Counted from the first letter of the stretch, positions 48,773 through 63,300 are shown. The stretch is 64,000 nt of DNA from Gekko japonicus (GCF_001447785.1 NW_015164185.1:689002-753001); one strand, 5' to 3'. Program-made: numbers and translations. The notes: generated by a model not told the origin, from the letters alone.

Positions 48773-49238
48773 CAGGGGTAATTTTGGGGGGGGGACGCGG
48801 GGGACGCCATCCCCCCGGGTGAGGTACGGGGGGCGGGGCACATGACGAAGCCCCGCCCCCTGCTTCCGGCTGCCCCGCTTCCGGCCCTCATTCAGCCAGG
48901 AGGAGGCAGGAGAAGAGGGAGGGTAAGTTGCTTCCTCCATGCCTCTCCCCACCCCTGCCAGCCTGGGGCCAGGGAGGGCCTTCGCAGGGCTTCCTTGCAC
49001 TCCCGCCAGCCTTGCAGGTCCACCGCTGGGCCCCTCATGGGACTCGGCAGTGGAGCTGCAAGGCCGGGGGCGGCGGCCGGGACCATTGGGGGCGGGGTGT
49101 TTGGCCTTATGACACACTTCTGGTGATGTCAGGGGGTGTGGCCTTATGACACACTTCCGGTGATGTCAGGGGGTGTGGCATATGCTAATGAGTTATGCTA
49201 ATGAGTCCCCTAGCTCTTTTTCTACGAAATGACCCCTG
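48773..49238 (+). mobile_element. Non-autonomous hAT transposon (MITE), copy 3
   Basis: TIRs plus a perfect 8-bp TSD GGTCTTAT (48765-48772, 49239-49246). Confidence 0.9.
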
Positions 49239-50597
49239 GGTCTTATAGATAAACAAACCAGCAGCTACTGAATTTCTTTGAGTACTTGACAGAGATGTTC
49301 CTTTCTGTCTATAATGGACCCACACTGCAGGGCAAAAAAGGCACCTGGCCTGCTGGGCAGCCAGACTGTCTCTCCCTCCCTCCCTTCCTCCCTCTCTCCC
49401 TCCTTCCTTTGGGAGGCTGGAGCAGGCCAGGGGTTGAAGCCATTTTCCAGGGGCATTTTTCCTTCCAAATCACCCACTGAAACTACATGAATAACTTTAA
49501 ACAAGGAACTACACTAGAACAGAATATGCTTGATGTAGTTTCAAAGGTAGTATGATCAATACAGGTAGTTTTTTTTATATGCTGGATTTATATGCATATT
49601 AGCTTTACTCAGTCACTGTGAAAGATTTGCCTCCTAAAACAGTATATCCAGAAGCAGTGACTTAGTGGATTCATATTTGCTGGATATCAAAATCCCTATT
49701 TTCCTCCTATATACCTGAAATTAATATTTGCATTCTAAATGTGTGACTTGGCTGGTCTCTTCGAATCCTCCACCAACTTCAGAACAATTCTACAGAAACC
49801 TTCTCATCGAGTGTATCGAAGCATAAACTGAGCTACTTCTGTATCACTTTTTTACAACTGTAGCTTTGCCTTCATTCTCCTCTTGCCAGCCACCATTCCT
49901 CCCCATGCCTTTGCTATTTTCTTCAAGCTTAACACTCTTACTTTTGGATTTTTATATGCTATTTCTTATTAATATCAAGTTAAATGCTCTGCAGTGTTAC
50001 ACATGTTACAAAAGCTGAAGTACAGGAACAGTATTGGCAAGTTTTAATTAATCAAGTTCCTTCAATTAAAAATCAGATTGGTTCTGCTTGAGTTTATTAC
50101 TTTCGTGCCTGTGTTTGCACTCTCTGCACAACAATGCAGACTAAAATATCTGTATCCATTTTAATTGATTTTTCTAGCATACTGACTAATCCTGCACAGT
50201 TTCTTATTTAAAGAAAATCAAACTGATACAGCACTACGTTTAAATAAGAGGGGTTATGCAAATTAGAGACTTGCACACACAGAGACACATGCACAGTCCA
50301 GGTTGGTGAGCAGCACCTCTGAATTATTGAAAATGAAATCAGATTATTTCAATAGAGACAAGAGTCACATGCCTCGTAATTTCTAAAAAATGTAAAAAGA
50401 TCTTTATAATGACAGATAATGAAATTCTCAAGATGAATGCTAGAATTGTGTGTTGCAGAAAGGAAGCAGAAAGAAACATTGTTTGGATTAATTATTTGAT
50501 TCAAAAACAACAGTTCATATGTATTCATGGGGGTAGCTTTCCCATCATCCTTTAGGTGCCAGCCAAAATTTTATCTCTTTTCTTTACATCAGGCTGC

Positions 50598-50628
50598 AAA
50601 TAAATAAATAAATAAATAAATAAATAAA
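50598..50628. repeat. (AAAT)n microsatellite
   Basis: Direct observation. Confidence 0.95.
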
Positions 50629-51391
50629 TGCAAATCCTCAGCTCTTCCTTTGCCAGCAATTCTCCACCAGATCACTAAAAAGGACTGTCAAACATGATCC
50701 TGTGAAGAGATTGGAGAAGCCCAATGCCATTACAGAATACACAGGTTGGGTCTAGGATTCCCATCTTGTCTAACAGTCAGGCATGAATTGTGGGTTCCCC
50801 TTGATTTCCAGGGGCAGAATAACCTATACTTTGGGAAGAACCATAGTGCTTCTGATGTTGCAACAGTGCTGAAGATTGATGGGGAAATTTTGCATGGGAA
50901 TCACTGGAAAACCCTATGACTATACTAAGTACATACTTGTTGAAGATCTTGATGTCCATCTGCCCTTGTTGTGAAATTGCATCATTACTTAAATGATTCA
51001 GGTACTGCAGCCTTCACTGAATGGCCAGCCCCTTCACCTGATTCAAGCAAACCCTCCTTCCTCCTTTGTGATAGTGAAAATGCTTCTGGTTCATGAATGA
51101 AATATGCAAATCATTCTCCTGATTCATCAGCCCTTGTCTAGTTGTGAAACATTCATGAACTGAACAATCCTTATTCAGCTGATTAAATCAGAAAGAGATT
51201 TGTCCGGTCCATGAAATGTGCACATTGTGATAAAGTGCTTCTTTCCTACTTCATTAAGGGTTTTGCTGATTATACAATTAGAGCCAAACTAGAGGAGATG
51301 TCAGAGATCTGTAATTGGGTCTCCAAATTCTTTACTTTTCTTTAAACAGTAATAACTATGGGGAGGGACAGTGAATTGGATTAGGATTGTA

Positions 51392-51437
51392 NNNNNNNNN
51401 NNNNNNNNNNNNNNNNNNNNNNNNNNNNNNNNNNNNN
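51392..51437. other. Assembly gap (46 N)
   Basis: Run of n. Confidence 0.99.
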
Positions 51438-52034
51438 CTGATACAGTCTCTCCCTTATAAGTGCTATTTTGACTCTGTATACTTTCTGCAGTGGGCAAAT
51501 TGCAGCCTTTGGAAGCAAGTGTCCAGATTAGGAAAATATCTTCCCTAGAATCATGATCCCAATTCAGGTAGCTAGTCATCATTGCTTTTAAAAGAAATTA
51601 AGAGATATGAGAAATGTGATGATGGACCTTAACTCTAGTGTGGCCCAATGATCTAAAGTGTGTATAATGGGCAGAAGTCACACTGTATTAATGCAATTTT
51701 ACAAGCACACAAGGACTTTGGTCTTTCCCATTTGGGGTTGAGGAGTCCATCTTGATCAGAGGCATTGAATTCATCTGTTATGAGGGCCAGATCTGACATA
51801 AATGTCACTTTGTTGAGCCAGGCCAGGCATGCTATAAAATGTAACACAAGGTACTAGAGATATAAACTTTATAAAGTTGATTTCAGATGTTGAATGGCAA
51901 CAGCAGGTGAATGACAATAGCAGGCTTGATTGAATTAGGTGTGATATGCAGAGGGGTAGTAGGCATGGAGACCAGCATTGGTAAAGAGACAGGAAACCTA
52001 GGTCTCAATTCCATCCAGGAGGATTTATTCTAGG

Positions 52035-52290
52035 AGGATGCAAAGAATAAATGGACATAAGTCTGACATTAGAAACCACAACATTCAGTTGCTGACCTAA
52101 GAGTAGCAGTGTTCTTACAAAGGAATTTCAAAGGGAGATTAGAAAGAGAGACTGCTGAATTGCAATTGATATTGAAGCTCAAGACAATGCATTCTCCTGG
52201 ACTAGACTGAGACCTAGTTTTCCTCCCTCATTAACAATGTGTGCTATTATCATTTGGCATCTGAAGTCACTCCTCTCTCCAAGATATAAG
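52035..52290 (+). mobile_element. Penelope-like element fragment (GIY-YIG endonuclease C-terminus)
   Basis: Translates as INGHKSDIRNH...DLRVAVFLQRNFKGRLERETAELQLILKLKTMHSPGL. A pLTR-like remnant follows at ~52408-52475. Confidence 0.75.
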
Positions 52291-52641
52291 GACCAATCCA
52301 AGTGTTCTGATTCCTAATTTTGAAAGAAAATAAATCTGGATAGGAATAGAGAAATCTAATTTTTTAAATAAAAAAAGCTTTTCAGAATAAGCCAAATTCT
52401 CCCTCCCAAGAAGTGTGCTTATACCTGGAATAAAACATTGTCGGTCTTAAAGTTGCCATGGAACTCCAACTTTGTTTTTTCTCTCTCTCCTTCCTCCCCC
52501 TCACAAAAAAAGAGGAACAGCAGACTAAGAGAAGGAAGCAGAAAAACTCTCTGTGTGTGCATGTTTGTGTGAGGTCTTGTTTTTGTATCTCACCAGCATG
52601 AAACAGCCACAAAGCTCTCTCTATCTCTGTGTATGTGTGTT

Positions 52642-52644
<3 letters not shown>

Positions 52645-52695
<51 letters not shown>
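52645..52695. repeat. (GA)n microsatellite
   Basis: Direct observation. Confidence 0.95.
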
Positions 52696-52699
<4 letters not shown>

Positions 52700-54164
52700 C
52701 GAGGGGGGGGGGGGAAGCGAGGGGGGAAGCCAGGGGGGAGAGAGGCAAGAGGCAGGAAGCAAAGAGCCACTGAGGGAGCTGGGGGGGGAAGTAAGCTAGG
52801 GTGCAGCTGCAGCAGCAGCCCTGGAAAGGAAGCGGGAGAAGGAAGTTGCTTAGGGGCAAGTTCTGAGCCCTGAGTGGGCTGCATCTGATCCGCAGGCCAC
52901 ATGTTTGGCACCCCTGATCTAGATGATGCATTAAACAGAGTCTTTACTTCAGGCAGATGATTTACTGAAGTACACAAGTTGATGTTCCTGATGTAGACAA
53001 ATAATTTGCTTCTTTTGTGAATCATGTAATGGATTTGGGGAGGGTTTGTTTTTTTTTGCTTAATTCATGTATTAAAGTTTCTGTTTCATGAATGGAGTTG
53101 CTGTGTATTTATTTCACAAACTGTAAACTCTCTCTCTCACTCTCTCTCAGCTCACAAATAAAGGAACACATATTAAAAGTTACTGAACTACAGAGAAACA
53201 AAAAAAATCCAATCAGGAGATCTTAACACCCCAAAACTATTGTGTAATTAACCTTTATGCTGTGTTATAATCAAATGTGTTAAACATCAAGAGCTACAGT
53301 ACTGACTCAGTTACATGAGGTTCCTTATGATTTGATTAATTTCAGATAAAAGTTATTTTAAAAATTACAGAAACATAGAGGAATTTGCAGCGATAGCATC
53401 AGTTCAGCCATGGTCATTAGAGGCAATGGTGCAGTTGTGCCAGTCTATTCTGTTTAAATGAGGCACAATGCCTGATTAGTAGGGCTCAAAATCCTACAGC
53501 CTATCAGAAGGCTTAGCTTACTGGCAAAACCTTAAACATGTGTTTTGCTTTCCTGGTGAAAGTATTTGCCATGTGCTGTTAAGTTACCCAACTTCCTGTA
53601 GGATTAGCTGGTCATATTTCAGGCTGAGCAGGATCTCTTGTGACTGACTGAGGAAAGGAATAAACTTTGTTTCATTTCTTTCATTTTTGTTGCTAATTCT
53701 AAAATTCCAAAAAGGACAGTTTCATTATTGGGTTGTTTCATAAAGGTTTTCTTTCATGATTTTTTAATTTTCATAACTTCATATGTTATTGTTTATTCAT
53801 TTTCATAATTTTATTTTATTATTTCCCATTGGTTTTCATGGAAGATCCCCTCCCCTTTCAGCACTGCAGCTTCATGGTTTTCCATCCAAACTGAACAAAA
53901 CTCCGATATATTGTAGTATTCTCCAAGCACACCCACACTGACAAATTTCAAACAAAATTAAGAGCTTTCCAGTTTCTAAGGCTACGAAAGGTACTCATGT
54001 TCAACACAGTCTATGGGAAAACTGATACGAAAGATTCCGAACAGTAACACAGACAGCACTGCAGCCACTTGGCTTGAGGTTCAGTTGCATGAGGAAGTGT
54101 TGTTTGGTGGAACAAGGTGGGCGAAGCATCTGGGCAGGCAGACAGAAGATAGATAATGATGAAA

Positions 54165-54659
54165 TCTTACCTTGGTCTCATTAACAACCCTAACTATAGA
54201 TGGGCATTTATTAGAGCACAGCTTGATGCGTTACCCTCAGCAGTACTTTATGGTAGATATGCCCGGACTCCCATGCACTAGAGAATTTGCTCCTGTTTGT
54301 TAGAACAGGCGGAGTCGGCCTCCATTGTCCTATGTATGACGAAGAGAGACAGCAGTTGTTGATACCCCTTCTCTCACGTTTTAAACCCTTGGCTAATTAT
54401 CTTACATATGCCGAGGAATGTTTGATGAAGTTTTTATTGGCCGATACTTATGAGTCTGTCTCACGCAATGTTGCTAAGTATTGTTATTTGGTAGTTAAAA
54501 AGCATAGAATGTACTGTAACTCGAGCCATTAATGACGGAATTGACCGGTTTCGTATTTTAGTATTTAAGGCTGCAAGGATTCTATGTCGTAGACTCGGTG
54601 TTGTACTATTTTGGTTTATTTTGCTGGTCTTATGACTGTTCTTAATAAATTTGATTTGC
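54165..54659 (+). mobile_element. 5'-truncated non-LTR retrotransposon 3' end (clade uncertain, RTE-X/Crack-like)
   Basis: Remnant YL..RWAFIRA..LPSAVLYGRY...ICSC...HCPMYDEER, AATAAA with a (atttg) tail, perfect 12-bp TSD ATAATGATGAAA (54153-54164, 54660-54671). Confidence 0.8.
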
Positions 54660-54745
54660 ATAATGATGAAAAGGCAATTGAGAATAATTGCACTGTCTCC
54701 TAAAACAGAGTAGTACAAATAAACTGGAAGCTGAGGGGGGGGGGA

Positions 54746-54945
54746 TTGTATTTTTTATATGTGTGTGCGCGCTCCTGGAAGTCATGGCGACCTCTGGTGA
54801 CTGACCCCTACTGGGTGCCTGGAGGATATTCAGAGAGGTGGCTGAATAAAGCCTGCCCCCACCTCCCGCCTCTGGTATTTCAAGGAGTCTCCCATCCTAG
54901 TATTTGCCAGAGTCGACCCTGCCAAGATCTGATGAGATCAGGTTT
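54746..54945 (-). mobile_element. 5S rRNA-derived SINE
   Basis: Reverse complement of the 63563-63800 family (gtctcccatcc..tatttgcc..gaccctg..gatctgatgagatcagg). Confidence 0.7.
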
Positions 54946-55171
54946 GCAAGGGCAAAAGTTACATTTTTTAAAGGTTCTTTTTTTCACTTGGATAACCCAT
55001 TGTTCCTTCAAAATGGCTAACCATTGTATCCTCACCACACTCCAAGGCCACCTAAGTATACCATTGTGCAGCTGCTGTCTGATCAATATAAATGTTTTTG
55101 GCATAAGGGAGCAGGAGACAGGGCCCATGACAATAGAATGTTAACATTCCTTAATGGCTGTGTGTATGTTC

Positions 55172-55734
55172 TCTACCTGAGGGACCGCCTTTCCCCGTAT
55201 GTTCCCCCAAGAGCACTACGGTCAGGGGCCCAAAATTTGCTAGCTATCCCGGGCCCCAGGGATACAAAACTGGCCGCTACTAGGGCCAGGGCTTTTTCGG
55301 TGGCGGCTCCTACCTGGTGGAACGAGCTCCCGGGGGAGATCCGGGCCCTGTGGGATCTTGTGCAGTTCCGCAGGGCCTGCAAGACGGAGCTCTTCCGCCA
55401 GGCTTTTGAGTAGGAGCCGCTGCCCCCACTATATCACCACCGTTGTGGGTTGGATGAGGCCCTGAGGAAATATCTGAACATGAAAGAAGTCTTAAACCGT
55501 CTACCAGGAACTTCGGGCATCTTTGGACTATGAACTTTGGACATCTTTGGACTATGAAGACACTGAGCACTTTGTTAAATTAGGATTTTTAAGATGTACT
55601 GTATGTTTTTAAATTATCATGTATATTATGTAAGCCGCCCTGAGCCCACGGGGGAGGGCAGGGTATAAATATGAAAAATAAATAAATAAATGAATGAATG
55701 AATGAATAAATAAATAAATAAATAAATAAATAAA
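55172..55734 (+). mobile_element. L2 LINE 3' end (ORF2 C-terminus, 3'UTR and (TAAA/TGAA)n tail)
   Basis: YLRDRLSPYVPPRALRS...RAFSVAAPTWWNELP..FRRACKTELFRQAF*, then tgtaagccgccctgag..gggtataaat. Confidence 0.9.
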
Positions 55735-58213
55735 GGGACAGTTTCCCAGTGGCTCTGTTCAAGTAGCTATCAGTGTTTTAGGGATGTGACTCTTCCCAAC
55801 TGAGGGGGAGGGGCAGTTATCTGTATTTGGAACAAAGAAGCAGGTTGCTATGAATTGACTGAAGTACCTGGGGTGTGTGGTCTCTCTCTCTCTCTCTCTC
55901 TGGGAATTCAAAGTGGGGTAAGTGATCTACTGTGTTCTAGAAATGCTTCTTTACCGCCATGCATGCACTACTGATGCATGCACTACTTATACAAATAAAG
56001 CAAATATTACAAAAAAACATTATAAGCACTTTCCTGGGGTACCTTGAGGGGGGCATAACTCAAACCTGTAAATTGAATCCTCACCAGACTTGAAGGACAG
56101 GTAGAGAAGAGTCATATGAAGAACCCCTGCAAGTTTGATGTCTCTAGCATGCGGGGGGGAGCATTCTACCATGTCACAAAACAAACCAGCTTGTTTGGCA
56201 GCTAAAAGTTTGTGACAGTTCATGATTCATGCCCATCCCTATTGTGGACTAGAGAATCAATAATAAAATGTCTTGTATCATCTGTGGTCCATCTTGATTA
56301 ATCATGAGACAATCTTAATTTACCTGGAAGCACAGTTGAAAGTAGCACAGTACAATCACTCTGCTGTGCCATATTAGTGGCAGACTGGGTTGCTTGCCTG
56401 CCTGCAATCTGTGGGCTTTATTGAACTTTCCACATTTTGTTAGAGAAATCTGCATCCCAGAGTGTTTTGGTTTCCAGCACATTTTTATGTACTTCAACCT
56501 TGTCATACTTACATTTGATTTTACCAGTTTTCCTCGGGGGGGGGGGGACATTCCAAAATTGCATCTAAAAATATGACTGTGTCCAGAGGATATTTCTTTT
56601 AAATGCAAAGGGCTGGAAACTGGTGACCAGCCAAGATAAATATTTTATTAATTGAAACACTATTAGCCAATATCAGACCTTATTCTTTAACTTGATTCTG
56701 GGGTCAGGCTAAAATTAAATGAACTGTTTCAAGGTGCCCAAAGTGTTTGACTTGTTAACTGAATAAAAGAAAAGGGCAGAAAGGAAGAGGAACAAGTTTA
56801 AATCCAGGCTCTTGAAGTAAGCACAAATTACAATGCTCCGACTAAATGCTGCAATAAACCTAACCATGCTGTGTCTATTGGATGATTGTATAAATTACTA
56901 TTATCCGCTACTGAGATTAAAGAGGGAAAATCCTACCCCCTCCAGCAAGTATAATTTAATCTTCTATGATGAGGTCCTTATGAATTTGTCTTATGAACTG
57001 CTTTCATTTACATACATTTAGTCAAATCAAGAGCTCTTTCTTTACAGGTATATCTACATAATGGCATAGTATTAGCTAAACTGGGATCAGTTTTAAAAGG
57101 AACTCCTTAGTGATCTCATGAGAGAAGAGTCACCCTGAACTGGATAGCCCAGGTTAGCCAGATGGTCACCTCGAGACTAGCAGGGACAGGTTTAATTTCC
57201 TATTTTTTATCTTTTACAGAAACTTGTTTTCTGGTCCATATTGAATTTATATTTGTATCCATTCTGATTGTGTCTACATGAGTGTATTATATATTTGTAG
57301 CCATCTTGCCACTTAATTGTTTGAATTGATGCTGCCTTTTCTCCATGTATGAGAATGGGTTGGTTCCAGACAGTTTTTTCTATCTCACCCAGTTCTCAAT
57401 ACAGTTCCTTTCCTACTCAACTTTTGTTCTTGCAGCCCTCATGATCTATAGCATAGCCTTTTAGGTGGTCAAAAGGGACCTCTTCATCCCCTTTTCACTG
57501 GTGGGAAACCTGGTTGGATTCAACCCAATATATGCTCCAGACAGTGACTATACTATGTCATAGAGATACAGTCTTTTTGAAAGATATGCTGGGAAGAGGA
57601 GAAGAAAATGAAAAAGAAAATTGGGAAGTTATCTATCTACCTTTAAATATGCAGAAAAAGTAAATGAAACCTCTTTGCCCCAGCACTCCAAATAAAGGCA
57701 CAGGACAACTACATAAGTTTAACTGGTTTATTTAAATTAGCTGATCTACATCATAACTATTAAGTATTAACTATTACTATGTTAACATATTAAAGGGTCA
57801 GGTATGACTTCCTTTATATGGCAGATCTATCCTGGCTCCAACTCAGTCAGCATCTTCTGTCAGCCTTGTTTATCATCACCTGCACATAATGTGCCAAGAG
57901 ATGCCAACCCCCTTCTTCTTCTCATTATGTGTTCTAAGGCCATGACCAGGTTTGGTAAGATGTTGCTCAGCACCAAGGGTGCGCCTTCTTAAGCTCACCA
58001 TGCCATAAGACCAGTGATGGCCTGTTCCAGACATGCCTTCCATCTCGTCCAAAGCCTCAGAGTGGCTTCCTACAACATCAGAAATAATTTCCTACTGCTG
58101 GAGTGGGCACAATAATTGATTTGTAACCTCAGGAGCTTAATTTGCTAACCTCATGGCACATTACTATTTATTCAGCCGTTCTGTTGGAAAGAAAAAAAAT
58201 CTGCAAATCACCA

Positions 58214-58580
58214 TTTATTTATTTATTTATTTGTTTGTTTGTTTCCTTCAATTTATATCCTACCCTCCCTGCAAAGCAGGCTCAGGGCGGGTTCCAACCT
58301 ATAATAATCCGCTGGGTGCAGATTTACGTAATAAAAGCAGAACAAAATACATATAATAAATACAATAAAATAGATACAACACTAAATACTTTAAAATAAA
58401 TTATACCTCAACAGAGAGCAGATTGAATTGGATACCCACTGCCTCAACTGAAGGCCTGGCAGAAGAGCTCTGTCTTGCAGGCCCTGCAGAATTGTAAATC
58501 TCTCACAGGGCCCTAATTTCTGATGGGAGCTCATTCCACCAGGCAGGGGCCAGGGCTGAATTTGCCTATTTGAGGCAAGT
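58214..58580 (-). mobile_element. Decayed L2 3' end
   Basis: (ttta)n tail and reverse complement of the same ORF2 C-terminus (gagctcattccaccaggcaggggcc). Confidence 0.75.
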
Positions 58581-59179
58581 TGCAGACGTCGTTCCCATTG
58601 TTCGATATGAAGATTCGTATTGAAAAGCAATTAATGGAATAATTCATGAAGCATAGATTTATTAAATCACATGGTAGGAAGCTACTGAAAATAGCAACAC
58701 AGTGTTATTTTAGCATTTGCTTCTTAAAACATATTGTTCAACAGCATAGCTTGTTTGAAGATAACATACAATATACGGTTTGTCTACTCAATGACTCACT
58801 GAATGCATTTTGACTCGCAAGCATCTGAAAAAAATCTTTAGTATATTGGCATCATTTCAATAACTTGTCTGTTTGTCAGTCTTCCTTAATATAATATAGT
58901 CAACTTGTCTTCCATGTCGAAATGGCAACTTTATACCCTTCAGTGTAGCTTCCAACAGATCAGTCGAAAAGCCTGTACAGCTTCTAAAAAACATTCTGGA
59001 TGTAGCAAACTGGATGCAAAGTGAATTATGTCATCCTAATTCACTTGAATAAATCTCTTTTTTTCTTTTCTAGTTAAATGTCTGTCTCCTCTTCCCATAT
59101 GTCCATTTATGAGTGTCAAACTCCCATACAGTGAGCAACAGGAAGAAAAAAGTTGTGGACTATAACAGAAGAGACTAGT

Positions 59180-59960
59180 GAAATTAGCATTCAAAGGATG
59201 CCTTATAAATGAACACCACTCAGTTCTGTCTCTACTGAATTCATAAGCTGTATTCATAAAAATTTGCAAGCCTATCATGATTTGATTAATTAAGCATGAT
59301 GTATGCTTAATTAGAATTATGTTCTAATGTTGGACTTTTGACAATTAGTGTTATCCTTGTGGTGTGCAAGAATTTTCAATATGCATACTTGCAAATGCAG
59401 AAAACTATTTTAAGGAAGCTAATTTCAATAAGCCAGAGAGATATGATAAATTTTAACTAATACATGGTAATTATTGATATCATTGTGTCACTTTAATAAG
59501 GGTCTAGGATTAATTACATATGTAAAAAAAGAATTTCATAAATTTGTTAATCTCCTTGTCTGCCGCCATAAATCAGGTAGTAACCTTTTACTGTCCAACT
59601 GTTGGCCCATTAGCCATCAGCAGGAAGGAAAACATGCTACCTGACAGCAGAAGCACCTGTCACTTAAGCCCCTTTATTCCTCCAGCACTCATGAACTGTA
59701 ACAGCAGAAAGGGAGAGAAGGGGCAAACAACAGAATTGTAAGAAAATAAATTGATGACCAGTGATAGGGATGAATTTTGGACTTGTCATCCAGAATACAG
59801 TTCTATTCAGTTCATAAATTGATCATACCTCATTATGAGAGCTTCACTGAGACAGCAGATGACTGGTACGCCTCTCCTTAACTGGCCTGGATATTATGCA
59901 CACACTCAGTACATTTCCTGGCATCTCCTGACGGTCACTCTCACGTTTCCTCCTCACACC
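59180..59960. promoter_or_regulatory. Candidate conserved developmental enhancer
   Basis: No repeat recognised. PBX-HOX site (ccataaatca, 59566-59575), MEIS TGACAG/CTGTCA (59642, 59657), many TAAT/ATTA cores, E-box CAGATG. Motif evidence only. Confidence 0.4.
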
Positions 59961-60197
59961 CATTGCATCATTAGTAGATGCTACAGATGAATAGTCTTGA
60001 CTTAGAGTTGTACCCCTGCCCCTGTTAATTTGTGTGGTGGAAGAAACTCTTGCATTGGCAGAAGGCCTCTTGTACCTAAGGAATTTCCTATCATATTAAA
60101 TGGATTTGTAGTTTCCAGCCACTCTGGAAATAGTTGTCTGAATATACGTTAAGAGTTTGTTTTGTAGGGAGGTTTTGAAATCAGCAGCAGAACCAGG

Positions 60198-60330
60198 GAA
60201 CTAGTGTGGTTTATTGGTTAGAGTGTCAGACTAAGACTGGGAAGACCTTGTTAAAAGTCCTGGGTCACCAAAGGCCAGTCCCAATCTCTCACTCAAACCT
60301 ATTACACAGAATTTTTGAGAATTTAAATGG
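60198..60330 (+). mobile_element. Degenerate Squam3/MIR-like SINE
   Basis: ctagtgtggtttattggttagagtgtcagactaagactgggaagacc head. Confidence 0.55.
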
Positions 60331-63300
60331 GGAAGAGAAACAAGTATACTTCCCTGCGCTCTTTGGAGAAAGAATGGCATGAAGATGTGACAGAACCATA
60401 ACATTTGTAATTGCTTTTCTAACTGTGGGACAAGAGCTAAAAGTACACTGTAAGTCTCTAGGTAGGTTAGGAGACCAGAAGGAAGAACAGAGTGCTGTCC
60501 AAATCTGGATCTGTATACTTTGGTGTGCTAGGCCCAATAGACCACACCAAGCGAGGCTTCAAACATAACAGGAGCAGACTTTCTTCGAAGGGAACCCCAG
60601 CATACAAAGCTGAAGTTCAAAGTTCTGGTGTGCTTACAGCCACTTATACACCTTCCGTCCTTTCAGAATATTTCCCATGTTCATGCTCAGACTGTCTGCA
60701 TTATATCACTTCATTTCATCTGCCTAGCAACAGGCATTCCACCAACTAATTTGTATCAAACCAATACCAAACAATATAAACTCTGAACTGATCAACTTCT
60801 TATTCCACAAGAGTGAGCTGGGAGATCTATTCTGTAGGAAAACTGGAAGAGTCAGTGATAGCACTAGACTTCCTAGAGTTACCACCATTGCTGTTGGGTT
60901 TTTCCTAGAAGTGACATCATTATGCTCATGATGCCAACACCACCCACCATGTTTCCAGCCCCAACTCTATGCAAATTCCACAAAATTAAACTTGTTGCTC
61001 AATAATGCTATTTATTAATAAATCCTAAATATGGAAAATAGAATATAACAAGTGGATTTATAGCAGCTTTTGGGGTGGTGGAGGCATAGACTGGGTGAGG
61101 AAAGGAAAAAGCACGAACACTGCAACCTTCCTTTGCTCAACCTCAGGCTTTCTTACAACATGACAGAACAGCGATCTTCTGCTCTTCTTGTTTTCTTTTG
61201 ATTGGGTTAAAACATTAAGGACTGTGCTTTGTTTTTTTCTAAATTACTCCAGATCTTATTTGAGAACAAATGAACTGGCTATAATTACTACAAAAGTAAA
61301 GTAAGTGTATCATTATTTAATTAGCTCTGGAAACTAAAGTAGCTAATATTGCGTAGTGACCTGTAAAAGTGAACTGTAATTAGGGTGGACCTTTTGACTG
61401 TTAATTGGATAACAATGAGGACAAACAATTTGCTTTCCTGGAGGTATTTGCCAATGACTGCAGTTGTACAGATTATAGCCATAGTTTATTGTTTTGTTTC
61501 CTAAAAACTGTGTTGATACTGGAGGACTGAATTCCAGAGGCTGAACACTGTTTGTATGCTGTGATACAACAGGAATTTAGGTGGGAGGTTGGCAATGTGT
61601 GATTGGTGCACTTTGGTTTGAATTGTCTATAACTATGGAATTTCCCATGTGAGCCTCAGTTCTGACACGGTACTGTTCCGCCTGGACCATGCAGACATCT
61701 CAATAAACAAATCACTGCCAAAGAAAGAGAAAGAGTGTTGTTAGAGAACCTCTTGACCAGGGGTCTGACACACTGCCAGTCTGAGTAGACAATGCTGACT
61801 TTGATGGACCAAGGGTCTCATTCAGTATAAGGCAAATTCATGTGCTGCCTGACTCACAGGTATCTCTAAATAACTGGGCATCCCACTTCTAACCTGAACC
61901 AGAGATCCCACATTCTTGGCCTGAAAACACAGAGCTAGCCACTGCTCTGGAAAAGGGTATTTCCCCTTTTCAGGTAGCACAAGGCAGCCCTCAAAGCAAT
62001 CTCCAGCCTTCCCCCTCCACCCAGCAAGGTATGCATATGAAGCAATGCCAAGTTCCACCAGGTAAAGTATCTGCATTTCTAAAGGCTATTCAGAGGCCAC
62101 CTGGCAAATAGCCCTTCTGTCTCCAGAACTTCACCTAGCTCTTTTTGTGTGATACCTATATCTATGTGAAAATCCTTTGTCTCCACAACTGTCCTTCCTG
62201 CTTCATCCCTCAGGATACTGAGATAAACTAATCAAACATTCAAATGTTAAACATTCCTTTCTGTCTCTAATCAGGGACACATCTCGCACCTTTTGCCTAC
62301 ACCTGGGAACCTATTCAACCTGCCTTGGCAGGAGCATTAATGGTCACTGAATCCATTCAGCCAGCTCCAGTAGAGCCTTCCAACACCTGGCTAATCCTAT
62401 CAATGCTATTGTGAATCCAGGCTCTGCCCCTCTGGAACCTCATTGGTCATACCTAGGTTTAACTTCTCCTTGTGTTACACCCCCTGTGACCCCTTATTGG
62501 TCCAGGTAACCTTTTGTCTTCACCTGAGCCAAGCCCCTCAAGGCCTCCCATTAGTCCACATTGTGTTCCAATGTCTATATCCATCCAAGCACATGGCCAT
62601 CAGGGTGTGCACTCTGACAACGCTTATACTTTTGAGTACACCCCCAAAGTCTCTCCTTTGGGCCCCCTCCTTAGTGCATAATGCTGGCTGTTGGTGCTAT
62701 TCACTTCAAGGACCTCTGCACATCTGGACAGGTAGTATCACCCCATAACTGACCTTTCTATTTACTATCATCAACTCTATTTTCTTACTTCTGAATTGCT
62801 TGCTCTTGCTTGAATGCTTAGCGTGCTTGTAATCAGGGAAATTCTTCAAGAAAATGATTTAATTTAGTCTTCAAATCTGGAGTTTTCCTACTGTACCAGA
62901 CCTTGTTATAAACTGGTGAACAATCCCTGGTACCCCTCGGGCCTCCCCTGCCACATAAGCTAATTTCCCCAACATCTAGTCAGGCCACTGGTAGTAACAA
63001 TGTGTTCATGTGAGATCACTTCCAGTTTCCCCTGAAAGTGACATTATGCCAAATTCAATGCTGGCACTCCCATCCCCCCCCCCACTTAGTCCAACCCTAA
63101 ACTCCCCAAACCCTACTCTTTACAGGCTTTCCCCCAAAATCTCCAGGAATTTTCCAACCTGGAGTTGGCAATCCTATTCTCCATGCTCTTCTTTACTATT
63201 GAAGAAGACAGGGCCTCTGGAACACTCAATAGCTTCTTTACTGATTTCTCTGAAATATGCTCAATAAATGCAGCTGTTAGTCTAACATGGTTTTAGAAGG

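Noticed and set aside
52382-53025. ORFs with RERE or SLSL repeats
   Set aside because: Artefacts of the (GA)n microsatellite and adjacent G-rich sequence.
54163-54178. Strong minus-strand splice donor (AAG|GTAAGA)
   Set aside because: It lies inside the TSD-bounded LINE fragment 54165-54659, so it is not evidence of a host exon.
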